Assembly: GCF_009914755.1 (NCBI RefSeq)
Contig: NC_060933.1
Source: the human T2T-CHM13v2.0 reference genome, Homo sapiens
DNA: 64,000 bases
Strand: one strand, 5' to 3'
Under the pieces are notes generated by a model that saw only the letters and a list, made by a program, of their open reading frames with translations, was not told the origin of the DNA and did not search any database. Both the position numbers and the translations under genes were made by a program. Positions 13,901 to 28,620 of the stretch are shown here, piece by piece. Within the stretch, counting starts at the first letter, position 1. Each line of letters begins with the position of its first letter.

Positions 13901-16900
13901 TTCCATTCCATTCAATTCCATTCCATTCCATTCCATTCCTTTCCATTCCAATTCGGATGATTCCATTCCATTGCATTCCATTCCATTCCATTCCCCTGCA
14001 CTCGGGTTCATTCCATTCCATTCCATTCCATTACATTCCGTTCCATTCCATTCCATTCCATTCTATTCGGGTTAATTCCATTCCATTCCATTCCACTCCA
14101 TTCCAGTCCTTTCCATTCCATTCCACTCAGGTTGATTCCATTCTATTCCTTTCCTTTCCATTCCATTCCATTGCAATCGTGTTGATTCCATTCGAGTTGA
14201 ATCCATTCCATTCCTTTCCATTCCATTCCATTCCATTGCACACGGTTTCATTCCATTCCATTCCATTCCATTTCATTCCATTCCATTCCATTCCATTTCA
14301 TTCCATTCCATTCCATTCCATTTCATTCTATTCCATTCTATTCCGTACCATTACATTCCATCCCATTCCATTCCATTCCATTCCATGCCATTACACTCGG
14401 GTTGATTCCATTCCTTTCCATTCCATTCTTCTTGAATCCATTCCATTCCATTCCATTCGAATCCATTCCATTGCACTCGGGTTGATTCCATTCCATTCCA
14501 TTCCATTCCATTCCGTTCCATTCCATTCCATTCCATTCTATTCGGGTTAATTCCATTCCATTCCATTCCATTCCATTCCAATCGAGTTAATTGCATTCCA
14601 TTCCATTCCATTCCATTCCATTCCACTCCATTCCAGTCCTTTCCATTCCATTCCACTCGGGTTGATTCCATTCTATTACTTTCCATTCCATTCCAATGCA
14701 TTCCATTGCAATCGAGTTGATTCCATTGCTTTGCATTCCATTCCATTCCATTCCATTCCAGATGATTCCATTCCATTGCATTCCATTCCATTCCATTCCC
14801 CTGTACTCGTGTTGATTCCATTCCATTCCATTCCATTCCATGCCATTCCACTCGTGTTGATTCCATACCATTCCATTCCATTCCATACCATTCCATTCCA
14901 TTCCATTCCATTCCATACCATTCCATTCCTTTCCATACCATTCCATTCCATTCCATTCCATTCCATTCCATTCCTTTCCGTTCCATTCCATTCCATTCCA
15001 TTCCATTCCGTTCCGTTCCATTCCGTTCCATTCCATTCTATTTGGGTTAATTCCATTCCATTCCATTCGATTCCATTGCACTCGGGTTGATTCCATTCCA
15101 TTGCATTCCATTCCATTCCATTCAATTCCGTTCCATTCCACTCCATTACATTCGGAATGATTCTATTCAACTCCCTTACTCTCCATTACATTCCATTCCA
15201 TTCGGGTTCTTCCATTCCATTCCATTCCATGCCATTCCATTCCGTTCCATTCCATTCCATTCCATTCGGATTCATTCTATTCAATTCCCTTACACTCCTT
15301 TACATTCCATTCCATTCGGGTAGTTTCCATTCCATTCCATTCCATTCCTCTCCATTCCATTGCACTCGGGTTGATTCCATTCCATTCCATTCCATTCCAT
15401 TCCATTCCATTCCGGATGATTCCATTCCATAGAATTCCATTTCATTCAATTCCCTTGCATTTGGGTTGATTCCATTCCGTTCCATTCCATTCCTTTCCGT
15501 TCCATTCCATTCCATTCCATTCCATTCCATTCTACTCCATTCCATTCCATTCCATTCCATTCCATTCCATTCCATTCCGGATGATTCCATTCCATTGCAT
15601 TCCGTTCCATTACATTCCCCTGCACTCGCGTTGATTCCATTCCATTCCATTCAATTCCATTCCATTACAATTCGTTCCATTCCATTCTATTCCGTTCCAT
15701 TCCATTCCATTCCATAGCATTCCATTCCATTCCATTCCATTCCATTCCATTCCATTCTTTTGCATTCCTTTCCATTCCATTCCATTCCGTTCTATTCGGG
15801 TTAATTCCATTCCATTCCATTCCATTCCATTCTATTCCATTCCATTGCAATCGAGTTGAATCCATTGCATTCCATTCCATTCCATTCCATTCCATTCCAT
15901 TCCATTCCATTCTGGAAGATTCCATTCCATTGCATTCCATTCCATTCCATTCCATTCCCCTGCACTCGCGTTGATTCCATTCCATTGCATTCCATTCCAT
16001 TCTGTTCCATTCCATTCCATTACATTCGGATTGATTCTATTCAATTTCCTTACACTCCATTACATTACTTTCCATTCGGGTAGTTTCCATTCCATTCCAT
16101 TCCATTCCTCTCCGTTCCATTGCACTCGGGATGATTCCATTCCATTCATTTCAATTCCATTCCATTCCTTTCCATTCCATTCTACTCGGGTTGATTCCAT
16201 TCCATTGCATTCCATTCCATTCCATTCCATTCCGTTCCATTCCATTCCATTATATTCGGATTGATTCTATTCAACTCCCTTACTCTCCATTACATTCCAT
16301 TCCATTCGGGTTGTTGCATTCCATTCCATTCCATTCCACTCCATTCCATTCCATTCCATTCCATTCCATTCCATTCCATTCCGGATGATTCCATTCCATT
16401 GCATTCCGTTCCGTTACATTCCCCTGCTCTCGGTTTGATTCCATTCCATTCCATTCTATTTGATTCCATTCCATTCCCCTGCACTCGCTTTGATTCCGTT
16501 CCATTCCATTCCATTCCATTCCATTCCATTCCATTCCATTCCATTCCTTTCCGTTCCATTCCATTCTATTCCATTCCATTCCGTTCCGTTCCATTCCGTT
16601 CCATTCCATTCTATTCGGGTTAATTCCATTCCATTCCATTCGATTGCAATCGAGTTGATTCCATTCCATTCCATTCCATTCCATTCCATTCCATTCCATT
16701 CCTTTCAATTCCACTACGGATTATTCCTTTCCATTGCATTCCATCCCATTCCATTCCCCTGAACTCGGGTTATTCCATTCCATTCCATTCCAATCCATGC
16801 CATTCCACTCGTGTTGATTCCATTCTTTCCATTCCATTCAAGTTGAATCCATTCCATTGCATTCCATTCCATTCGATTCCATTCGATTGCACTCGGGTTG

Positions 16901-17089
16901 ATTCCATTCCATTGCATTCCATTCCATTCCATTCCTTTCCATTCCGTTCCATTCCATTTCATTACATTGAAATTGATTCTATTCAATTCCCTTACACTCC
17001 ATTATATTTCAATCCATTCTGGTTGTTCCATTCCATTCCATTCCATTTCACTCCATTCCATTGCACTCGGGTTGATTCCATTCCATCCC

Positions 17090-17830
17090 ATTCCATTCCA
17101 TTCCATTCCATTCCGGATGATTCCATTCCGTTGCATTCCATTCCATTCCATTCCCCTGCACTCGGGTTGCTTCCTTTCCATTACATTACATTACATTCCT
17201 TTCCATTCCATTCCATTCCATTCGGATTGGTTCTATTCAATTCCCTTACACTCCATTACATTTCCTTCCATTCGAGTAGTTTCCATTCCATTCCATTCCA
17301 TTCCTCTCCATTCCATCGCACTCGGGTTGATTCCATTCCATTCCATTCCATTCCATTCCCTTCCATTCCATTCCATTCCATTCCATTCCCTTCCATTCCA
17401 TTCCATTCCATTGTACTCGGGTTGATTCCATTCCATTGCATTCCATTCCATTCCATTCCATTCCATTCCATTCCATTCCATTCCATTCCATTCCGGATGA
17501 TTCCATTCCATTGCATTCCATTCCATTCCATTCCCCTGCACTCGGGTTGATTCCATTCCATTCCATTACATTACATTCCTTTCCATTCCATTCCATTCCA
17601 TTCGGATTGATTCTATTCAATTCCCTTACACTCCATTACATTTCATTCCATTCGGGTAGTTTCCATTCCATTCCATTCCATTCCTCTCCATTCCATCGCA
17701 CTCGGGTTGATTCCATTCCATTCCATTCCATTCCATTCCCTTCCATTCCATTCCATTCCATTCCCTTCCATTCCATTCCATTCCATTGTATTCGGGTTGA
17801 TTCCATTCCATTGCATTCCATTCCATTCCA
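17090..17830 (+). repeat. Tandem duplication, unit about 380 bp
   Basis: CCATCGCACTCGGG at ~17313 and ~17693, and TTCGGATTG at 17221 and 17601, with the same CCCTT variants downstream. Confidence 0.85.
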
Positions 17831-20800
17831 TTCCATTCCATTCCTTTCCATTCCATTCCATTACATTCGGATTGATTCTATTCAACTCCCTTACTCTGCA
17901 TTTCATTCCATTCCATTCGGGTTGTTCCATTCCATTCCATTCCATTCCACTCCATTCCATTGCACTCGGGTTGATTCCATTCCATTTGATTCCATTCCAT
18001 TCCATTCCATTCCATTCTAATTCTTTCCATTCCATTCTATTCCGTACCATTCCATTCCATTCCATACAATTCCATTCCATTCCATTCCATTCCATTCCAT
18101 TCCATTCCATTCCGTTCCGTTCCGTGCCGTTCCATTCCATTCCATTCCATTCTATTCGGGTTAATTCCATTCCATTCCATTCCATTCCATTCTATTCCAT
18201 TCCATTGCAATCGAGTTGAATCCATTGCATTCCATTCCATTCCATTCCATTCCATTCCGGAAGATTCCATTCCATTGCATTCCATTCCATTCCATTCCCC
18301 TGCACTCGCGTTGATTCCATTCCATTCCATTCCATTCCATTCCATTCCATACCATTCCATTCCGTTCCGTTCCGATCCGTTCCGTTCCATTCCATTCCAT
18401 TCCATTCCATTCCGTTCCGTTCCGTTCCGTTCCACTCCATTCCATTCCATTCTATTCGGGTTAATTCCATTCCATTCCATTCGATTGCAATCGAGTTGAT
18501 TCCATTCCATTCCATTCCATTCTATTCCATTCCATTCCATTCCATTCCTTTCCATTCCATTACGGATGATTCCATTCCATTGCATTACATTCCATTCCAT
18601 TCCCCTGTACTCCGGTTGATTCCATTCCATTCCATTCCATTCCATTCTATTCCATTCCATTCCATTCCATTCCGGAAGATTCCATTCCATTGCATTCCAT
18701 TCCATTCCATTCCCCTGCACTCGCGTTAATTCCATTCCATTCCATTCCTTTCCATTACATTCCATTCCGTTCCGTTCCATTCCATTCCATTCCATTCCAT
18801 TCCATTCCATTCCGTTCCGTTACGTTCCATTCCATTCCATTCCATTCCGTTCCATTCCATTCCATTCCATTCCATTCCACTCCTTTCGGTTCCATTACGG
18901 ATGATTCCATTCCATTGCATTCCATTCCATTCCATTCCATTCTATTCGGGTTAATTCCATTCCATTCCATTCGATTGCAATCGAGTTGATTCCATTCCAT
19001 TCCATTCCATTCTATTCCATTCCAATCCAATCCATTCCATTCCTTTCCGTTCCTTTACGGAAGATTCCATTCCATTGCATTCCATTCCATTCCATTCCCA
19101 TGTACTCGGGTTGATTCCATTCCATTCCATTCCATTCCATTTCATTCCATTCCATTCCATTCCATTCCTTTCCATTCCATTACGGATCATTCCATTCCAT
19201 TGCATTCCATTCCATTCCATTCCCCTGTACTCGGGTTGATTCCATTCCATTCCATTCCATTCCATTCTATTCCATTCCATTCCATTCCATTCCGGAAGAT
19301 TCCATTCCATTGCATTCCATTCCATTCCATTCCCCTGCACTCGCGTTAATTCCATTCCATTCCATTCCTTTCCATTCCATTCCATTCCGTTCCGTTCCAT
19401 TCCTTTCCATTCCATTCCATTCCATTCTATCCGGGTTAATTCCATTCCATTCCATTCGATTGCAATCGAGTTGACTCCATTCCATTCCATTCCATTCCAT
19501 TCCATTCCTTTCCTTTACATTACGGATGATTCCATTCCATTGCATTCCATTCCATTCCATTCCCCTGTACTCGGGTTGATTCCATTCCATTCCATTCCAA
19601 TCCATGACATTCCACTCGTGTTGATTCCATTCTTTCCATTCCGTTCAAGTTGAATCCATTCAATTTCATTCCATTCCATTCGATTCCATTCGATTGCACT
19701 CGGGTTGATTCCATTCCATTGCATTCCATTCCATTCCATTCCATTCCATTCCATTCCATTCCATTCCATTCCGTTCCATTCCATTTCATTTCATTCAGAT
19801 TGATTCTTTTCTGTTCCCTTACACTCGATTATATTCCAATCCATTCTGGTTGTTTCCATTCTATTCCATTCAATTTCACTCCATTCCATTGCACTCGGGT
19901 TAATTCCATTCAATTCCATTCCATTCCATTCCATTCCATTCCATTCCTTTCCTTTCCATTCCATTACGGATGATTCCATTCCATTGCAATCCATTCCATT
20001 CCATTCCGCTGTACTCGGGTTGTTTCCATTCCATTGCATTCCAATCCATGCCCTTCCACTCGTGTTGATTCCATTCTTTCCATTCCATTCAAGTTGAATC
20101 CATTCCATTGCATTGCATTCCATTCGATTCCATTCGATTGCAGTTGGGTTGATTCCATTGCATTCCATTCCATTCCATTCCATTCCATTCCGTTCCATTC
20201 CATTCCGGATGATTCCATTCCATTGAATTCCATTCCATTCCATTCCCCTGCACTTGGGTTGATTCCATTCCATTCCATTCCATTCCTTTCTGTTCCATTC
20301 CATTCCATTCCATTCCTTTCTATTCGTGTTAATTCCATTCCATTCTATTCCGTTCCATTCCATTGAAATCGAGTTGATTCCATTCCATTCCATTCCATTC
20401 CATTCCATTCCATTCCATTGTATTCGGGTTAATTCCATTCCATTCCATTCCATTCCATTCCATTCCATTCCATTCCATTCCATTACAATTGAGTTGATTC
20501 CATTCCATTCCATTCCATTCCATTCCATTCAGTCCTTTCCATTCCATTCCACTCGGGTTGATTCCATTCTATTAGTTTCCATTCCATTCCATTCCCTTCC
20601 ATTCCACTCTGGTTGATTCCATTCCTTTCCATTCCACTCGAATACATTCCCTCCTATTCCACTCGGAACGATTCCATTCCATTCCATTTCATTCCATTCC
20701 ATTCCATTCCATTCCTTTCCATTCCATTACGGATGGTTCCATTACATTGCATTCCATTCCATTCCATTCCCCAGTACTCGGGTTGATTCCATTCCATTCC

Positions 20801-21379
20801 ATTCCAGTCCATGCCATTCCACTCGTGTTGATTCCATTCTTTGCATTTCACTCAGGTTGAATCCATTCCATTGCATTCCATTCCATTCGATTCCATTCGA
20901 TTGCACTCGGGTTGATTCCATTCCATTGCATTCCATTCCATTCCATTCCATTCCATTCCGTTCCATTCCATTCCATTACATTCGGATTGATTCTATTCAA
21001 TTCCCTTACACTCCGTTACATTCCATTCCATTCGGGTAGTTTCCATTCCATTCCATTCCATTTCACTCCATTCCATTGCACTCGGGTTGATTCCATTCCA
21101 TTCCATTCCATTGCATTCCGGATGATTCCATTATATTGCATTCCATTCCATTCAATTCCCCTGCACTCGGGTTGATTCCATTCCATTCCATTACACTACA
21201 TTCCGTTCCATTCCATTCCATTCCATTCGGATTTTTTCTATTCAATTCCCTTACACTCCATTACATTCCATTCCATTCGGGTAGTTTCCATTGCATTCCA
21301 TTCCATTCCTCTCCATTCCATTGCACTCGGGTTGATTCCATTCCATTCCATTCCATTACATTCCATTCCATTCCATTCC

Positions 21380-22560
21380 ATTCCATTCCATTGTACTCGG
21401 GTTGATTCCATTCCATTCCATTCCATTCCATTCCATTCCGTTCCATTCCATTCCATTACATTCGGATTGATTCTATTCAACTCCCTTACTCTCCATTACA
21501 TTCCATTCCATTCGGGTTGTTCCATTCCATTCCATTCCATTCCGGAAGATTCCATTCCATTGCATTCCATTCCATTCCATTCCCCTGCACTCGCGTTAAT
21601 TCCATTCCATTCCATTCCATTCCATTCCATTCCGTTCCGTTCCATTCCATTCCATTCCATTCCATTCCATTCCATTCCGTTCCGTTCCGTTCCATTCCAT
21701 TCCATTCCATTCTATTCGGGTTAATTCCATTCCATTCCATTCGATTGCAATCGAGTTGATTCCATTCCATTTCATTCCATTCGATTGCAATTGAGTTGAT
21801 TCCATTCCATTCCATTCCCTTCCATTCCACTCCATTCCATTGCATCGGGGTGATTGCATTCCATTCCATTCCATTCCATTTCGGATGATTGCATTCCATT
21901 GCATTCCATTCCATTCCATTCCCCTGCACTCGGGTTGATTACATTCCATTCCATTCCCTTCCATTCCTTTCCATTCCATTCCATTCCATTCCATTCTATT
22001 CGGGTTAATTCCATTCCATTCCATTCCATTCCATTCCATTGCAATCGAGTTGATTCCATTCCATTCCATTCCATTCCGTTCCGGATGATTCCATTCCATT
22101 GCATTCCATTCCATTCCATTCCCCTGCAGTCGGGTTGATTCCATTCCATTCCATTCCATTCCATTCCATTCCATTCCATTCCATTCCGTTCCATTCCATT
22201 CCATTCCATTCTATTCGGGTTAATTCCATTCCATTCCATTCCATTCCATTCCATTCCATTCCAATTGAGTTGATTCCATTCCATTCCATTCCATTTCATT
22301 CCACTCCATTCCAGTCCTTTCCATTCCATTCCACTCGGGTTGATTCCATTCTATTCCTTTCCATTCCATTCCGGATGTTTCCTTTCCATTGCATTCCATT
22401 CCTTTCCATTCCCCTGCTCTCGGGTTGACTCCATTCCATTCCACTCCATTCCGTTCCATTCCATTCCATTGCATTGTATTCGGGTTAATTCCATTCCATT
22501 CCATTCCATTCCTTTCCATTCCATTACAGTAGAGTTGATTCCATTCCATTCCATTCCATT
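21380..22560 (+). repeat. About 1.2 kb block duplicated at about 25700-26980 (offset about 4.3 kb)
   Basis: Shared rare variants GCATCGGG (21842, 26160), GGATGATTGC (~21883, 26201), GGATGTTTC (~22373, 26811) and CCCCTGCTCTCGGG (~22411, ~26850). ORF starts 21854/26172 and 22099/26417 are both offset by 4318. Confidence 0.88.
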
Positions 22561-25500
22561 CCATTCCATTCCATTCCATTGCATTCCATTCAGTCCTTTC
22601 CATTCCTTTCCACTCGGGTTGATTCCATTCTATTAGTTTCCATTCCATTCCATTCCCTTCCATTCCACGCTGGTTGACTCCATTCCTTTCCATTCCACTC
22701 GAATATATTCCCTCCTATTCCACTCGGAACGATTCCATTCCTTTCCATTCCATTCAATTCCATTCCATTCCATTCCATTGCATTTCGTTCCATTCCATTC
22801 TATTCCGTACGATTCAATAGCATTCCATTCCATTCCATTCCATTCCACTCGTGTTGATTCCATTCCTTTCCATTCCATTCGTTTTGAAGTCATTCCATTC
22901 CATTCAATTCCTTTCCATTCCATTCCATTCCATTCCATTACAATCGAGTTGATTCCATTCCATTCCATTCCATTCCATTCCATTCCATTCAGTCCTTTCC
23001 ATTCCATTCCACTCGGGTTTATTCCACTCTATTAGTTTCCATTCCATTCCATTCCCTTCCATTCCACTCTGGTTGATTCCATTCCTTTCCATTCCACTCG
23101 AATACATTGCCTCCTATTCCACTCGGAACGATTCCATTCAATTCCATTCCATTCCATTCCATTCAATTCCATTCAATTCCATTCCATTTCGTTCCATTCC
23201 ATTCTATTCCGTACCATTCCATTCCATTCCATTCCATTCCATTCCATTCCATTCCACTGGTGTTGATTCCATTCCTTTCCATTCCATTCGGTTTGAAGTC
23301 ATTCCATTCCATTCAGTTCGTTTACATTCCATTCCATTCCATTCCATTCCATTCCATTCCATTCCATTCCATTCCATTCCATTCCATTGTACTCGGGTTG
23401 ATTCCATACCATTGCATTCCATTCCATTCCATTCCATTCCGTTCCATTCCATTCCATTACATTCGGATTGATTCTATTCAACTCCCTTACTCTCCATTAC
23501 ATTCCATTCCATTCGGGTTGTTCCATTCCATTCCATTCCATTCCACTCCATTCCATTGCACTCGGGTTGATTCCATTCCATTCCATTCCATTCCATTCCA
23601 TTCCATTCCATTCCATTCCATTTCGGATGATTCCATTCCATTGCATTCCATTCAATTTCATTCCCCGGCACTCGCGTTGATTCTATTCCATTGCATTCCA
23701 TTCCATTCGATTCCATTCCATTCCAATTCTTTCCATTCCTTTCTATTCCGTACCATTCCATTCCATTCCATTCCATACCATTCCATTCCATTCCATTCCA
23801 TTCCATTCCATTCCTTTCCATTCCATTCCATTCCATTCTATTTGGGTTAATTCCATTCCATTCCATTCCATTCTACTCCATTCCATTGCAATCGAGTTGA
23901 ATCCATTGCATTGCATTCCATTCCTTTCCATTCCATTCCATTCCGGAAGATTCCATTCCATTGCATTCCATTCCATTCCATTCCCCTGCACTCGCGTTGA
24001 TTCCATTCCATTCCATTCCATTCCATTCCTTTCCATTCCGGATGATTCCATTCCATTGCATTCCGTTCCATTACATTCCCCTGCACTCGGGTTGATTCCA
24101 TTCCATTCCATTTGATTCCATTCCATTCCCCTGCACTCGCATTGATTCCGTTCCATTACATTCCATTCCAATCCATTCCATTCCATTCCTTTTTGTTCCA
24201 TTCCATTCCATTCCATTCCATTCCGTTCCGTTCCATTCCGTTCCATTCCATTCTATTCGGGTTAATTCCATTCCATTCCATTCGATTGTAATCGAGTTGA
24301 TTCCATTACATTCCATTCCATTCCATTCCATTCAATTCCATTCCATTCCATTCCATTCCATTGTACTCGGGTTGATTCCATTGCATTGCATTCCATTCCA
24401 TTCAATTCCATTCCATTCCATTCCATTCCATTCCACTCTGGTTGATTCCATTCCTTTCCATTCCACTCGAATACATTCCCTCCTATTCCACTCGGAACGA
24501 TTCCATTCCATTCCATTCCATTCCATTCCATTCCATTCCATTCCATTTCGTTCCATTCCATTCTAATCCGTACCATTCCATTCCATTCCATTCCATTCCA
24601 TTCCATTCCATTCCATTCCATTTCGGATGATTCCATTCCATTGCATTCCATTCCATTCCATTCCCCTGCACTCGGGTTGATTCCATTGCATTCCATTCCA
24701 TTCCATTCCATTCCTTTCCATTCCATTCGGATTGATCCTATTCAATTCCCTTACACTCCATTACATTCCATTACATTCGGGTAGTTTCCATTCCATTCCA
24801 TTCCATTCCTCTCCATTCCATCGCTCTCAGGTTGATTTCATTCCATTCCATTCCATTCCATTCCATTCCATTCCATTCCATTCCATTACATTCCATTCCA
24901 TTCCGTTCCATTGTACTCGGGTTGATTCCATTCCATTGCATTCCATTCCATTCCATTCCATTCCGTTCCATTCCATTCCATTACATTCGGATTGATTCTA
25001 TTCAACTGCCTTACTCTCCATTACATTCCATTCCATTCGGGTTGTTCCATTCCATTCCATTCCATTCCACTCCATTCTATTGCACTCGGGTTGATTCCAT
25101 TCCATTCCATTCCATTCCATTCCATTCCATTCCATTCCATTCCGGATGATTCCATTCCATTGCATTCCGTTCCATTACATTCCCCTGTACTCAGGTTGAT
25201 TCCATTCCATTCTATTCCATTCCATTCCATTCCATTCCATTCTAATTCTTTCCATTCCATTCTATTCCGTACCATTCCATTCCATTCCATACAATTCCAT
25301 TCCATTCCATTCCATTCCATTCCATTCCATTCCATTCCGTTCCGATCCGTTCCGATGCATTCCATTCCATTCCATTCCATTCCGTTCCGTTCCGTTCCGT
25401 TCCACTCCATTCCATTGCATTCTATTCGGGTTAATTCCATTCCATTCCATTCGATTGCAATCGAGTTGATTCCATTCCATTCCATTCCATTCCATTCCAT

Positions 25501-25699
25501 TCCATTCCATTCCATTCCTTTCCATTCCATTACGGATGATTCCATTCCATTGCATTACATTCCATTCCATTCCATTCCCCTGTACTTGGGTTGATTCCAT
25601 TCCATTCCATTCCAATCCATGCCATTCCACTCGTGTTGATTCCATTCTTTCCATTCCATTCAAGTTGGATTCATTCCATTCCATTCCATTCCATTCCAT

Positions 25700-26980
25700 T
25701 CCATTGTACTCGGGTTGATTCCATTCCATTCCATTCCATTCCATTCCATTCCGTTCCATTCCATTCCATTACATTCGGATTGATTCTATTCAACTCCCTT
25801 ACTCTCCATTACATTCCATTCCATTCGGGTTGTTCCATTCCATTCCATTCCATTCCGGAAGATTCCATTCCATTGCATTCCATTCCATTCCATTCCCCTG
25901 CAATCGCGTTAATTCCATTCCATTCCATTCCATTCCATTCCGTTCCATTCCGTTCCGTTCCATTCCATTCCATTCCATTCGATTCCATTCCATTCCGTTC
26001 CGTTCCGTTCCATTCCATTCCATTCCATTCTATTCGGGTTAATTCCATTCCATTCCATTCGATTGCAATCGAGTTGATTCCATTCCATTTCATTCCATTC
26101 GATTGCAATTGAGTTGATTCCATTCCATTCCATTCCATTCCATTCCACTCCATTCCATTGCATCGGGTTGATTGCATTCCATTCCATTCCATTCCATTCC
26201 GGATGATTGCATTCCATTGCATTCCATTCCATTCCATTCCCCTGCACTCGGGTTGATTACATTCCATTCCATACCCTTCCATTCCTTTCCATTCCATTCC
26301 ATTCCATTCCATTCTATTCGGTTTAATTCCATTCCATTCCATTCCATTCCATTCCATTGTAATCGAGTTGATTCCATTCCATTCCATTCCATTCCGTTCC
26401 GGATGATTGCATTCCATTGCATTCCATTCCATTCCATTCCCCTGCAGTCGGGTTGATTCCATTCCATTCCATTCCATTCCATACCATTCCGTTCCATTCC
26501 ATTCCATTCCATTCTATTCGGGTTAATTCCATTCCATTCCATTCCATTCCATTCCATTCCATTCCATTCCATTCTATTCGGGTTAATTCCATTCCATTCC
26601 ATTCCATTCCATTCCGTTCCATTCCATTCCATTCCATTCTATTCGGGTTAATTCCATTCCATTCCATTCCATTCCATTCCATTCCATTCCATTCCATTCC
26701 AATTGAGTTGATTCCATTCCATTCCATTCCATTTCATTCCACTCCATTCCAGTCCTTTCCATTCCATTCCACTCGTGTTGATTCAATTCTATTCCTTTCC
26801 ATTCCATTCCGGATGTTTCATTTCCATTGCATTCCATTCCTTTCCATTCCCCTGCTCTCGGGTTGATTCCATTCCATTCCACTCCATTCCGTTCCATTCC
26901 ATTCCATTGTATTCGGGTTAATTCCATTCCCTTCCATTCCATTCCATTCCATTCCATTACAATCGAGTTGATTCCATTCC
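25700..26980 (+). repeat. Second copy of the 21380-22560 block, with an internal triplication of the CTATTCGGGTTAA spacer
   Basis: Shares the variants of the first copy. The spacer appears at ~26514, ~26574 and ~26639 where the first copy has one (~22211). Confidence 0.85.
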
Positions 26981-27469
26981 ATTCCATTCCATTCCATTCC
27001 ATTCCTTTCCATTCCATTACGGATGATTCCATTCCATTGCATTCCTTTCCATTGCATTCCCCTGTACTCGGATTGATTCCATTCCATTCCATTCTAATCC
27101 ATGCCATTCCACTCGTGTTGATTCCATTCTTTCCATTCCATTCAAGTTGAATCCATTCCATCGCATTCCATTCCATTCGATTCCATTCAATTGCACTCAG
27201 GTTGATTCCATTCCATTGCATTCCATTCCATTCCATTCCATTCCATTCCATTCCATTCCATTCCCTTCCATTCCATTCCATTACATTCGGATTGATTCTA
27301 TTCAACTCCCTTACTCTCCATTACATTCCATTCCATTCGGGTTGTTCCATTCCATTCCTTTCCATTCCACTCCATTCCATTGCACTCGGGTTTATTCCAT
27401 TCCATTCCATTCGATTCCTTTCGATTGCACTCGGGTTGATTCCATTCCATTGCATTCCATTCCATTCCC

Positions 27470-28620
27470 CTGTACTCGGGTTGATTCCATTCCTTTCCAT
27501 TCCAATCTATTCGGGTTAATTCCATTCCATTCTATTCCTTTCCATTCCATTCGATTCCATTGCAGTCCAGTTGATTCCATTCCATTCCATTCCATTCCAT
27601 TTCGTTCCAATCCATTCCGTTCTGTACCATTCCATTCCATTCCTTTCCATTCCATTCCATGCCATTCCACTCGGGTTGATTCCATTGCTTTCCATTCCAT
27701 TGGGGTTGAATCCATTCCATTCCTTTTCATTCCATTCGATTCCATTCCATTACACTCGTGTTGATTCCATTCCATTCCATGCCATTCCATTCCTTTCCAT
27801 TCCATTCAATTACATTCGGATTGATTCTATTCAATTCCCTTACACTCCATTATAGTCCATTCCATTCGCGTTGTTTACATTCCATTCCATTCCATTCCAC
27901 TCCATTCCATTGCACTCGGGTTGATTCCATTCCATTCCATTCCATTCCATTCCATTCCATTCCATTCCAATTCGTTCCATTCCATTCTATTCCGTTGCAT
28001 TCCATTGCATTCCATTCCATTCCTTTCCGTTACGTTCCATTCCATTCCATTCCATTCTATTCGGGTTAATTCCCTTCCATTCTATTCCATTCCATTGCAT
28101 TGCATTCCATTGCAATCGAGTTGATTGCATTCCATTCAATTCCATTCAATTCCATTCCATTCCATTTCGTTCCAATCCATTCCATTCTGTACCATTCCAT
28201 TCCATTCCTTTCCATTCCATTCAATGCCATTCCACTCGGGTTGATTCCATTCCTTTCCATTACATTGGTGTTGAATCCATTCCATTCCTTTCCATTCCTT
28301 TCGATTCCATTCCATTACACTCGGGTTGATTCCATTCCATTCCATTCCATTCAATTCCATTCCTTTCCATTCCATTCCATTGCATTCGCATTGATTCCAT
28401 TCAATTCCCTTACACTCCATTATATTCCATTCCATTCGGGTTGTTTACATTCCATTCCATTCCATTCCACTCCATTCCATTGCACTCGGGTTGATTCCAT
28501 TCCATTCCATTCCATTCCATTCCATTCCATTCCATTCCATTGCGGATGATTCCATTCCATTGCATTCCGTTCCCTTACATTCCACTGCACTCGGGTTGAT
28601 TCCATTCCATTCCATTCCAT
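27470..28620 (+). repeat. Diverged tandem duplication, unit about 570 bp
   Basis: TTCGTTCCAATCC...CTGTACC at ~27601 and ~28167, and TTGTTTACATTCC at 27871 and 28441. Confidence 0.8.
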
